From a virus (Duplodnaviria > Heunggongvirae > Uroviricota > Caudoviricetes > Schitoviridae): a DNA stretch of 64,000 nucleotides. Below are positions 46,571-57,400 of the stretch, piece after piece. The translations under genes were made by a program, and so were the position numbers. The DNA lies in the IMG/VR virus record IMGVR_UViG_3300047463_000135, positions 1 to 64,000 of that record; one strand, 5' to 3'. The notes under the pieces are model-generated. The model did not search any database and was not told the origin of the DNA. It worked only from the letters and a program-made list of their open reading frames with translations. The number at the start of each line of letters is the position of its first letter. Within the stretch, counting starts at the first letter, position 1.

Positions 46571-46579
46571 GGAGTTAAA

Positions 46580-47326
46580 ATGACAACAGCCGCGTTAGAA
46601 CAAGTAAATGACAACTTAGTTTTGATTGGTGGTGAATCAGGTGCAGGTAAATCTGCATGTCTGGCAAACCTACGCAATCAAGAAGGTGTCTTATACCTTA
46701 ACTGTGAATCAGGTAAGAAATTACCATTCCGCAATAAGTTTAATAGTGTAACCATCACAGACCCGTTGCAGGTATATGAAGGTTTCACTTGGGCAGAATC
46801 TCAAGACCACATCCACACTATCGTAGTGGACTCAGTATCATTCTTAATGGAGATGTTTGAGTCAGTACATATTGTAGGTGCAGCAGATACTCGTGCTAAG
46901 TGGCAAGACTATGCTCAATACTTTAAAAACTTAATGCAGCAGTATGTAGCTAAATCAACTAAGAATGTGATCATGATTACTCATATCGCAGAAGACTTAG
47001 ATGAATCTACTGGCTTACGTAAAACTCAGGCTCGTGTTAAAGGTGCTTTAAAGAACGTAGGTATCGAAGCATTCTTCTCGTTAAATATTAACGTTAAGAA
47101 AATTCCACTACGTGAATTAGAACCGTATCAAAACCAATACTTGAATATCACTGATGATGACAAGTTGGTTGGCTACAAGCATGTATTCCAAACACGTATC
47201 ACCAAGAATACAACTGGTGAACGTATTCGTGGACCAATGGGTATGTTCTCACCTGCTGAAACATTTATTGATAACGATGCCCAAGTATTATTGGACGTTA
47301 TCCATGACTTCTACAAAGAAGAGTAA
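46580..47326 (+). CDS. RecA-like ATPase (Sak4-like recombination protein?)
   Basis: Walker A LIGGESGAGKSA; size and context fit a small RecA-fold recombinase. Tentative. Confidence 0.4.
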   Translation: MTTAALEQVNDNLVLIGGESGAGKSACLANLRNQEGVLYLNCESGKKLPFRNKFNSVTITDPLQVYEGFTWAESQDHIHTIVVDSVSFLMEMFESVHIVGAADTRAKWQDYAQYFKNLMQQYVAKSTKNVIMITHIAEDLDESTGLRKTQARVKGALKNVGIEAFFSLNINVKKIPLRELEPYQNQYLNITDDDKLVGYKHVFQTRITKNTTGERIRGPMGMFSPAETFIDNDAQVLLDVIHDFYKEE

Positions 47327-47837
47327 GGAAGACCTTACTCCAGAACTCGTTAAGCAGGTACTAACGTATGACCCTATTACTGGACATCTTATTTGGAATT
47401 CTGGCCTTCACAGTAAGCGTATGCAAACTGGGAGTCGTGCTGGGAATCTAAAGAAGTCAGGGTATCGACAGGTATCCCTATTTGGAAATACTTACGCAGA
47501 ACATCGTCTGATCTGGTTTATGGAGACAGGCTATTGGCCTGAGCAAGTAGACCATATCAACCAAGATAGGTCAGATAATAGATGGATAAATCTTCGTGAA
47601 GTAACCAAAGCAGAAAATGCTCGTAACCGTAGCCGTAACCCTCACTCCAAGGTGGGTGAGGTCGGAATCTGGTACAACAAACGTACCTTTAAGTATGTGG
47701 CCGAGATTACCATGAATGGTAAGAAGGTCTTTCAAAAGTCTTACGATGATGTTGAACAAGCAATCGCAGAACGTAAGGCTAAAGCTCTAGAACTAGGCTT
47801 CCATGACAATCATGGCAGCAAACCAACAGGAATTTAA
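47304..47837 (+). CDS. HNH homing endonuclease (with an AP2-like C-terminal segment)
   Basis: HNH core QVDHINQDRSDNRWINLREVTKAEN. The start is placed at MTSTKK (47304), which overlaps the end of the upstream gene. Confidence 0.65.
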   Translation: MTSTKKSKEDLTPELVKQVLTYDPITGHLIWNSGLHSKRMQTGSRAGNLKKSGYRQVSLFGNTYAEHRLIWFMETGYWPEQVDHINQDRSDNRWINLREVTKAENARNRSRNPHSKVGEVGIWYNKRTFKYVAEITMNGKKVFQKSYDDVEQAIAERKAKALELGFHDNHGSKPTGI

Positions 47838-47839
47838 AT

Positions 47840-48553
47840 ATGTCAATTTTCGGTACTGGCACAGCAAACACTAACGTTGAAAAAGAAGAAGACTTTGCAA
47901 AACGCACATTAGACACTGGTGCTTACAGCGGTAAGCTAGGTATGGTCTTTGTAGGCCAAGCTAAATCAGGTGCAGTCAACGTTACGTTACATGTGGAATT
48001 AGACAACGGTAAAAAGATTACTGAAACTGTCTATATCACAAATAAAGATGGCGCTAACACATATCAGAAAGATGGTAAGAACTACCTACTTCCTGGGTTC
48101 CAGTTAATTAATAACTTGGCAATCATGACTACAGGTAAACCACTACATGATCTTCAAGATGAAGTGGAAATCCGTTCAGTTAAATTATATGACTACGATG
48201 CTAAGCAAGAAGTCTTAACTGATGTTAAAGCTGTAGTACCTATGATTGGTCAGCGTGTCTTACTTGCTGTGCAAGAAGAAGAAAAGGAAAAGCAGAAAAA
48301 GAATGATGCTACTGGCAAGTACGAAGGTACTGGTGAATTCTATTTAACTAACTCAATTGTTAAATGCTTTGATCCAGAAACTACTCAGTCTGCTGTAGAA
48401 CGTGCAGAGCAAAAAGAACCTGTAGCTTTAGAAGCTTGGCTTAAGTCTAACAAAGGCAAAGTGAAAGAAGCTAAAAAATCTGATGCTCCTGCAAATCAAT
48501 CAACTGTATCTGCTGCGAATAAACCATCTGGTTTATTTGGTGCTAAACAATAA
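47840..48553 (+). CDS. Possible ssDNA-binding protein (by position after the recombinase; N4 gp45-like)
   Basis: 237 aa with a Lys/Glu-rich tail; the assignment rests on synteny alone. Confidence 0.3.
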   Translation: MSIFGTGTANTNVEKEEDFAKRTLDTGAYSGKLGMVFVGQAKSGAVNVTLHVELDNGKKITETVYITNKDGANTYQKDGKNYLLPGFQLINNLAIMTTGKPLHDLQDEVEIRSVKLYDYDAKQEVLTDVKAVVPMIGQRVLLAVQEEEKEKQKKNDATGKYEGTGEFYLTNSIVKCFDPETTQSAVERAEQKEPVALEAWLKSNKGKVKEAKKSDAPANQSTVSAANKPSGLFGAKQ

Positions 48554-48592
48554 TCAGTCAATAGTGGGCTTCGGCCCACATTAGGAATACCC

Positions 48593-48781
48593 ATGGCTTA
48601 CAAGAATCTCAAACCAGTAGAGTTCGCTCCTTCACATTCAGTACATGATGATCTTGCTCGTGCACAAGCACGTAAGACACATTATGAATCTGAGCTGTTA
48701 CGTATCCAATGTGCAAAAGTATTGCAGGAAGCACGTGACGAAGGTAAACCAATCCAAGTACAAGGAAACCAAAATGACTGA
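48593..48781 (+). CDS. Hypothetical small protein
   Basis: 62-aa ORF. Confidence 0.35.
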   Translation: MAYKNLKPVEFAPSHSVHDDLARAQARKTHYESELLRIQCAKVLQEARDEGKPIQVQGNQND

Positions 48782-49109
48782 TGAAAACAAACCAGTAGAA
48801 CCAAGCCAGAAAGACTTAGATGCTCATGGTATTGGTCCTAATGCTGTGAAGCTTGATGATGTGCAACAAATGGGTCACTTAGTGACTGCATGGCATTTCA
48901 ACATGGTTCAGAAACTCCACCATCAATTACAAATGCCAGATAACGTAGGTATCGACATCCCAACAGGTGAAGTAGATGCAGACGGTAAAGACATTTGTAT
49001 TGACGGTAATGCTGATCACAAAGCAGGCTTCTTAGCAGGTATTAACTGGGTGCTTGAAGTTATGGACACATTCCCTATTAAGGGTGTGCCGGAAGATGGC
49101 GAAGGTTAA
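48775..49109 (+). CDS. Hypothetical protein
   Basis: ORF beginning MTDENKP, overlapping the upstream stop. Confidence 0.4.
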
Positions 49110-49677
49110 AATCGTAGGTTTCGACCCCAGTCAAAGAAACTGGGGTATCGCAATAGGCTATGCAGATTTAGATTCAGGTGAGTTCAAAGTAACTGACCTG
49201 CAAACCATTAAGACCGAAGGACAACCTAAAGGTGGTACTATCAGAGGCTCTACATGGGATATTGAATCTGCAGCCATGTTATATAAAGGTGTTTACCCTA
49301 CTTGTGTTGATGCAGATATTATCTGTGTTGAAGTACCAACAGGTGCTCAGAACAATAAGGGTGCAACTGCATATGGAATGTGTTTAGGTATCCTAGGAAC
49401 ACTCTACTCAAACAAAATGGTATTAGTCACTCCGCAATCCGTGAAGAAGATTATTGGTAAAAAAGATGCAACTAAAGCTGACTCAGTAGCACATGCTATG
49501 AGTAAGCATCCAGAAGCACCTTGGCCTATGTGGAGAGGTGAAGTATCAGTCACAGCAGCAGAGCATTCTGCAGATGCCTTAAACGCAATCTATGCAGCAG
49601 CAGAGACATCTCAATTTAAACAACTCATTTCGGAATACAAAGATGCAAGTACAGATCAAGAAACAACTCAAGATTGA
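49096..49677 (+). CDS. RuvC-like Holliday junction resolvase
   Basis: N-terminus MAKVKIVGFDPSQRNWGIAIG resembles the RuvC motif I-GIDPG---G. Confidence 0.55.
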   Translation: MAKVKIVGFDPSQRNWGIAIGYADLDSGEFKVTDLQTIKTEGQPKGGTIRGSTWDIESAAMLYKGVYPTCVDADIICVEVPTGAQNNKGATAYGMCLGILGTLYSNKMVLVTPQSVKKIIGKKDATKADSVAHAMSKHPEAPWPMWRGEVSVTAAEHSADALNAIYAAAETSQFKQLISEYKDASTDQETTQD

Positions 49678-50122
49678 GTTGGATGAACAAGACATCACAT
49701 TAGCAGTAGCTAATTACTTGGCAGCCAATGGTTACTCAATCAATCAAGAAGACCTAACTAAAATTAATTATGTGAAGTCTCCTAAAGATGGTTTACGTGC
49801 TGAGCTTAACATTACAGAAGAATCAGGTATTGAACCTGAACCTGCAAAGTTATCAGTAGTACAAGATAGCGAAGGTATAGTTACTGGTTATGGCTTAGAA
49901 AACCAAGTAGCAGAGCCTGTAACCATTAGCGCTATCAAAGCAGAAGTAACACCAGTCAATGCTGTAGTTACACATGAGCCTGTAACAGAAGAACCAGGTG
50001 AAGTAGAACCATCTACAGTTGAGGATGTTATGCCGGGCGTTACTGAGATCAAACAAATGGTCGAAGGTGGCGAAGACGCAGAGCCAACTGCAGAAGCACC
50101 ACGTACTAAATTATTTATGTAA
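49643..50122 (+). CDS. Hypothetical acidic protein
   Basis: ORF beginning MQVQIKK, overlapping the end of the resolvase gene. Confidence 0.4.
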   Translation: MQVQIKKQLKIELDEQDITLAVANYLAANGYSINQEDLTKINYVKSPKDGLRAELNITEESGIEPEPAKLSVVQDSEGIVTGYGLENQVAEPVTISAIKAEVTPVNAVVTHEPVTEEPGEVEPSTVEDVMPGVTEIKQMVEGGEDAEPTAEAPRTKLFM

Positions 50123-50280
50123 TGAAGTCTCTTTGCTACATCTTTACATTAGTAGTAGGTGGTTTATTTCTCTATGCAGTGATTGTCGCACTGTGGATGA
50201 TTATCCAAATTGTTGCAATTGCATTTGTAGTTGTAGCAATCATATGGCTAATCAGAAAGGTATTTACCTTACTCAACAAA

Positions 50281-50311
50281 AAGCCACCGTAACAGGTGGC
50301 TATTTTTATTT
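50281..50311 (+). terminator. Terminator (AGCCACC-GTAACA-GGTGGCT + T-run)
   Basis: Read directly. Confidence 0.6.
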
Positions 50312-50322
50312 AGGAGTCCTTA

Positions 50323-50708
50323 TGGACTATTTAGCTATTCGTAATAAGTTAGCAATGCTAACACGTGGTCAAACCACTGAGTTCAAAATACCTGAACTAA
50401 CTATCGAAGTTCACTTCACTAAAGATGGTGCATTCCGTGTATTCAAAAGAACTCATGCAGGTTCAAGTGATGTAACTACTTACCACTCACTTAAAGAAAC
50501 AGTTAATGCCTTATTACCTTGGTTTACTCCTGCAGCAGGTCAAGTGTATCAACACCTTAACGGTAACATTTACACAGTTACTGCTATTGCTAATGAACAC
50601 TCTACTCGTCCTGAGTATCCACCATCAGTAGTATACAAAGGTGAGAATGGATTGACTTGGTGTAAACCATTGGAAAACTTCCAACGTAAAATGTCACGGA
50701 TTAAATAA
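50323..50708 (+). CDS. Hypothetical protein
   Basis: Start MDYLAIR preceded by GGAG; the longer ORF from 50019 would span the terminator. Confidence 0.45.
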
Positions 50709-50710
50709 CT

Positions 50711-51094
50711 ATGGCGATTGATACCGATGCACTAAAAAAGTTAGCTCAAGAAGCAGCTTCTCAAAGAGCTACCACATCTATTAAACCTAATGACTGGTTT
50801 GTACCTAACAATGCCCAGATCTCAGGTTATCCCCTTACAGGGGATACACAACCAGTAGACTGGTCATGGGCAATGCAGAAGACAGCAGATGACTTACGTC
50901 TAGAGGCTGAGATCAGTTCTATGCGTAATCGTATGAAACAGCATGAAGCTGATACTAGACGAGTTGCTCAGTTTCGAGAACACTACTTACAAGTGCGTAC
51001 GAACAACATAGTGCTCGATCATCAATCAGCTATTGAACTAGTTCGTATGATTTATAAGGAAGCAGATACACTTACAGTAGAAGATACTATGTGA
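50711..51094 (+). CDS. Hypothetical protein
   Basis: 127-aa ORF. Confidence 0.45.
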   Translation: MAIDTDALKKLAQEAASQRATTSIKPNDWFVPNNAQISGYPLTGDTQPVDWSWAMQKTADDLRLEAEISSMRNRMKQHEADTRRVAQFREHYLQVRTNNIVLDHQSAIELVRMIYKEADTLTVEDTM

Positions 51095-51129
51095 TATGTT
51101 TAATCTACTTATTCATTAGGATTTAACAA

Positions 51130-51363
51130 ATGCAAGAACGTGGTCGTGAATATCGTATTCGTCAACAACAACGTAAGAAACGTGAAGCTGCTAAACAGTT
51201 TCGTGATAACGAATGGAAAGCAAATGAAAAAGCTATTGGTATCCACGCCAATACTCCTACTCGTTGCTCTTGTGATATGTGTGGTAATCCACGTAAGTAT
51301 CACGGCAATGGTAAGCACGGTCTTACGTTAGATGAACAAATCCCTATTCAGATTGATGAATAA
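51130..51363 (+). CDS. Small basic protein with a zinc-ribbon-like CxC...CxxC segment
   Basis: Arg/Lys-rich N-terminus and CSCDMCGNPRKYH. Confidence 0.4.
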   Translation: MQERGREYRIRQQQRKKREAAKQFRDNEWKANEKAIGIHANTPTRCSCDMCGNPRKYHGNGKHGLTLDEQIPIQIDE

Positions 51364-51396
51364 AATAAGCCCCTCTCTTGAGGGGCTATTTTTTGT
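51362..51396. terminator. Bidirectional terminator (AGCCCCTC-TCTT-GAGGGGCT + T6) between convergent blocks
   Basis: Read directly. Confidence 0.65.
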
Positions 51397-51402
51397 TAAT
51401 GT

Positions 51403-54400
51403 TTACAATCCCGTTAGTAACTTAATAGGTAGTGGTTCATCTAAAGCACTTGGTAAACCAAGAGCACCAGAGCGAATAGGGTTACCAATATTACCAAAGA
51501 TAATTGGGTCAATTGCAGTCTGAGCATTAGTTAATAAACCAATAGCTAAAGACTGAGCCATCACACTAGCAGGACGCTTCTTCATTAACTGGAACAATGC
51601 TTTCTGAATACGTACATTGTACTTAGTAAACATAACAATACCCATATCATTCAAGTACTGTAGTCCACGTGAAGTAGGGATGTCATAGTTAATGAAGTTA
51701 TCCTGAGCAATCTGTAAAGCATCATCATGGCTTAACTTCTCTTTAGCTTTAGTAGTGTAGTACTTGTACATAACATACTTAGAACTAAAGTCAGAGAACT
51801 GAGTAGCATTGTTTAAGAACTTATACAGTGGAGTATCTGGTGAAACCATAGCCCACTTAGCAGCAGTCTTAATAGACTCAGGTACATTCTCAGTTAAGCT
51901 ATCTACACGCTCTTGCATCTTAGACTTATAAGAGTAATGGTTATTACTTGGGTCTAAGTCTTCAACAATAGTAGGCATCATACCCTCCTCAATAAAATCT
52001 TTAAGAGGGTTGCGATTAATAGAATCTTCAATACGTAAAGCTTCTTGCTCTAGTTTATTGAAGTCACCTACACCTGCTCTTTGCTTCTGACGGATAGCTA
52101 ATAGATTAGCCATATCTTTACGATACTGCATACCTGCACGTACAGAAGTCATAGTGTCTTTAGCAATGTCAGACATACTCACACCATGAGCAGCAAGTAA
52201 TAATGCGTTAGATACTAAGTTAGAAACCAGTGTCTTAACATTACGAATTACTACGATGTCTTTCATAACACCTACAGCTTCTTGCCATACACGCTCAGCT
52301 TGTACACCACGTAACTTAGCTTTATTACCAAACAATGTATTCATCACATCTACATAGATAGACTCAAACATATTGCGAGCATCAGACATCTTATCGAATG
52401 CTTGGTTTAGAGAATACTTACGGTAGCCAAACATAGTAAGCAATACGTCGTTACGAACAATCATACCATCTGGACCAAAGGTCTTAATGATGTGCTTACG
52501 TGTAGCTTCTGGAAGCATTGCCCATGTTTCCTGTAAACCAGGCTCTTTAGAGTTAGGACCTACAGTAATGTATGCACGAGGATTATTAGCAAAGTTATCT
52601 TTGTAATCCTGATAAGCTGCATCAACTACAGAGTTGTTCTGTTGAGGTACTGTCACTTTGTTAAAGTTAGTAGCAGCATATGCACCAAGTAACTCAGAGA
52701 AATCATTGTTACGCTCTAATAAGCTGTCACGGTTATTACCTGACATTTCATAAGAGAAACCAACTACTTCACCTAGAGTATTGTAGTTAGGCATCATATA
52801 GACATCCTGATCTAACATAGGATTGTATGTAGGATCAGTAGGAATCTTAATGCTATTTATTACATGGCTGAACTCTTGAGTATTCATATTCACCTGAGTA
52901 CCTTTACGGTTGGTAGATACAATCTCAATAGAACCAGAAACAATACGTTGTAAGTTAGCTTCATCAGAGATGAATAAACGAGGTGTAGTAGAAGTCTTAT
53001 CAGACTTATCTTTAACCATAGTTTTAACTTCACGGAAGAACTGTTCTTTAAGCAACTTAGCTTCTGCTTCATTACGAGCAATACGAATCTCTTTGTTAGG
53101 ATTAGTGATCTCAGGCATATAACCTTTAGCTACAGATACAGCATTGTCAGTGAATAACTTTTCACGAGCATCTTTAGCTAGTTCACGATGGAACTTAATT
53201 GAAGTATCAACACCATTGGTTTTGTTCTTAAGCTCACGCTTAAATACTTCGCTTAGATTCTTACGAGTATTCTTATCTGTATATTCAATCGCATACATAG
53301 TAGCAATCTTATCTACAAGATCTACTCGTGGGTCTGTAATGTCTACGACTTCACCTGAGTTGAAACCAGACACAATCAATTGAGCATTCTTAGCCATACC
53401 TGCAGAGGCATTACCAGTAAGCATATACTTAGCTAATTGCTTAGCCCGGTTAATCATTACCTGATCACCACCTTTAGCTTTTAATTGCTTAATAAGGTTA
53501 GCAGTTTCATTCTGTAAGAACACACCATCTGTATATAACTTAGCAATCTCAGCAGTTGAGTAAGTATCAGCTAGCACCTGTACATCAGAGCGAAGCATCT
53601 TAGTGAAAGCTACTTTATGATCTTTAGTTAAGTATTTACCATTCTCTTCAAATGTAGACATAACATTATTAGTAGTAGCACTACGAATGTTTTCTTTCAT
53701 TTGGTTATTGAGCTTAGTCATACGCAACATCTTCTCTACATGATTCTTAGTAGAGTCATTGTTAGCAGCTTCATTGATAAGCTCACCCATCATACCTAAT
53801 GGTGAATTAGGATTATCAATTGTGTTCATCTCTTTAAGAGTATCCACAAGAGTCCATAAATCACCTTTAGCAGCTAAGCGAGTAGTGTTACCTGCAAGAC
53901 GTACATATTTATTACGGTTATTAGCGATAGCAGCATTATCAGTAATCTCAACAATCTTGCTACGTAACTTTTTACTAATACCATCTGTGAAATCACTGAT
54001 TTGTTCTAGTTGGCTTTCAACTTGACCAATAGCATGTTCACGATTCTTAGTATCAATACGAGCTAACTCTTTAGATAATAAAGCTACACGATTATTAATT
54101 AACTGAGATGAATGACTGTTAGTCATTAAACCAGTTACATGATCTAGTACTTTATTACTAGCTTCTACAAGCTTCTCAAATGTATCTGTAGGAGCTTTAT
54201 TGTTATCACGTACAGCAAAGTCCAATAGACCATTAACTTGTTCTGAGCCTAAAGCCATAGAGATAAAGCGAGCTAAATGTTCTTTATTGCTTGGACCTAG
54301 TTTAAAGAAGTAGTCATACATGTCTTGAGCATCTTGCTTATCCTGACGCGTAGCTGTATTCCAATCACCATCAAAGAAGCTCTCTGGTTTAAGCTTAGCT

Positions 54401-57400
54401 TTAGCAGAGTTATATGCTTTATTCATCTCAGCATATACTTGAGTCATAGACTTATCTTTTAAACCATGAACTAGAGCAGCATATAAAGACTCAACAGCAA
54501 ATGCTTCTTGCTCAGACAAACGGAAGCCTGCAGTAGTAGCAGTCTCAGTTGTATAAGCCTTACCAGCAATTGTGTATTCATCCCATGCTTTCTCTATAGA
54601 CCATGCACCATTATTATTATCAACTAAGTTCTGATCTAATCCTTTATAGATAGAGTCAGCCACTTGAGTCATCAATAAGTTTAAGTGTGCTTGGAATGCA
54701 GGGTTAGCATGCTTAGGTAAAGTATCGAATACTTCCTTAGCTGTATAACCATTCACTTTATTACGTGCCTGAGTTGGTGCACCAAAGATACTGGTTTGAG
54801 TACCAACAGTTTGTGTAGGAGCACGTCCTAAGAACTCTGTAGAGTCAAGGATTAAAGCTTCTAGTGCAGTTGTATCTTTAGCTGAATACTTACGTCCTGT
54901 GAAGCTCTCAAGCACTCCTAGAATGCTATCTACAAATGAACGTAAAGCAGTAACGATACGGTTCTTACCACGTGCAGATTTAGGAGCTAATTGAGTATCT
55001 AAGTAATTAACAAACTCAGGATATGAGAAACCAGTAGCAATAAACTCTTCTACGTTTTGAGTAGCATATTTCATTAGATCAGTAGCATTAGGGTCAGCTT
55101 CTACCTTAGCTTTGATGTCTTCATATAAAGCATCTAACTTAGATAGCGATTCTGCAGCCTTAGGATGCGCTGTAGGCTCTTTACGTACTTGGGCAATAGA
55201 ATCTACCGTAATAGCATGAACAAGCTCATGTACAAGAATCTGTGCACGAATAGGCTTATCACTACGTAGGATATTAATCTGTGGTTTACCATCAGTACCA
55301 GTAGTGAACCATGCAGGATTACCTTGCTTAATAGCTTCGTCTAAACCATTAACATTAGAAGGAGCATCTGCTTCTGAGAAATAATTAATAGATAAGTCTG
55401 CAGGTAATTGCTTAGTAATAAGATCAAGCATGTTGTCATAGAAATGAGCAAACATACCTACTTGATTATCTTTACCTTGGAACTGTTTAAGTTCAGCTTG
55501 AAGCATAGGAACTAAATCAGAACCTTTCATAGTTCCATTTAGACGAAGATGATCTTCAATAGTAGTAGGATTACCACCAGTAGAGATAGTGTCTTCAATA
55601 CGTTGAGCTAAAGCTAAGTCTTTCTTGAAGTCAGCTTTTAACTGATCTACTTGATCAACTATTTGTTTACGCTTAGCAGCATTCATCTCGAAGTGTCCGC
55701 CTTGAGTACCATACTGGTTAACGTTCTCCCAAGACTTCATACCATCAAGTTTAGCTAGGTCACGAGCATAAGCATCACGTACAGCTTGTACTAAACTCAT
55801 CTCACCAATAGCTTCATCTACAGCAGCTTTGTTTGCTTTGTAGAATGCTTGGTTATCTAAAACCATAGTAAGAGGATTCATTAAAGCTCGTACGAACTCA
55901 CGGTTTACATGAGTAGTCATAACACCATCTACAAATGCTTCATTTTGAATCTTAGCCATAGCTTTACCTTGACCAACGGCAGATGCGTTAGCGTCATGAT
56001 TGTTTTGGCTAGGAATCTTACCGATAGTTGTATGAGTAATCATTGCATCAATAGATTGAATGATTAAGACTAAACCAGATACACCAGGATCAGCTACAGT
56101 ATCACGTTTGATAGCAGAACGTACTGTAAACTTACCATTACCTTTAGCTTGCCAAGAACCTTTGAAATTAAACTGTTGTTCTGACATAGCAGAACCATCC
56201 CATACAGTGTCTTGTTTCATTAATGGAATAGAGGATTGTTTCTTATTAGTAGACTGATTACCCATACCTGAAACTACAGACGGAGTATATCGAGCAATAC
56301 CTTTAAGTACTTTCTTCATTTCATCAGAAGATAAACCTTCTTGACGATTGCCTTTACCATCAACAATAACACCATCAGTATTCTTCAATGCTTCATTGAT
56401 AGCTTCATTACGAATGAGTTCATATACTTTAAACCCGGCAACAGCTTGTTTAGTTAGAGTGTCACGTACACCGTTAAACTCAGACATAGCTTTCTCAAGA
56501 GTAGATTTAATAGCAGCACCGTGTTGAGAATCGGCAGCATAAAACAATGCAGACTCTTGTTCAGGAGTTAATAAGAACTCTAATGGATTACCACTAGCTT
56601 TAGCTAAAGGAGTACTTAGCTTCTGTTTAAAATTACTATATTGAATAGTAGCGTTTACAGCATTGATAAGCTCTTGAACTTTCTGCATGTCATTCTTGTT
56701 ACCTGCTTTCTCTAAGCCTTTATAGAATGCATTTAATACTTCACGAGCATTAGCACGTTTAATAGAAGCAATACCTGCACCATAGGTAGAGGTAGTTACG
56801 ATTGGTTTAGCACCTTTACGTTCACCAAAGGCATCGTAGATAACATCCAAACCAAGAGCTGAATCTAACTGTCCACCTTTAGCATTAGCTTTGTAGTCAG
56901 ACCATTCAGACTTCATTACACCACCAAGTTGCTCATAGATATCTTGAGAGCCTTGTTCCTTGTTAGTAGGTACGTTAGTTTTAGCTTTGTCAGTAAATAC
57001 ACCACCAGCTTCTAACATATCAGCACCAGCCGTGTTTAAAACTATGTTAGTAATTACCGGGCCATTGGTTACACCATCAGATTCAAAAGCAATATCTGAT
57101 TTGAATGTACGTTGTCCATCACGTTCAGCAATATGCATTTGAGCTAATGCTTGAATACCACGTACTGACATTGCACCCATACCAAATTCAGCAGTTAATG
57201 CTTTTACATTATCCATGTCTGATTTAGTACCTTGGCCTTCTAAGATAGCAGCCATAGATTCAATACCTTGCTGTACATGCTCTTGTGCAAGATACTCTTG
57301 GAACTTAGGTAAATAAGTTTCAGCAGATACTTTATCTACAGTAGATAAACCAATATCAATCTTTTCTGCAGTCATAGCAACAGCCATTAAGAACTCACCA

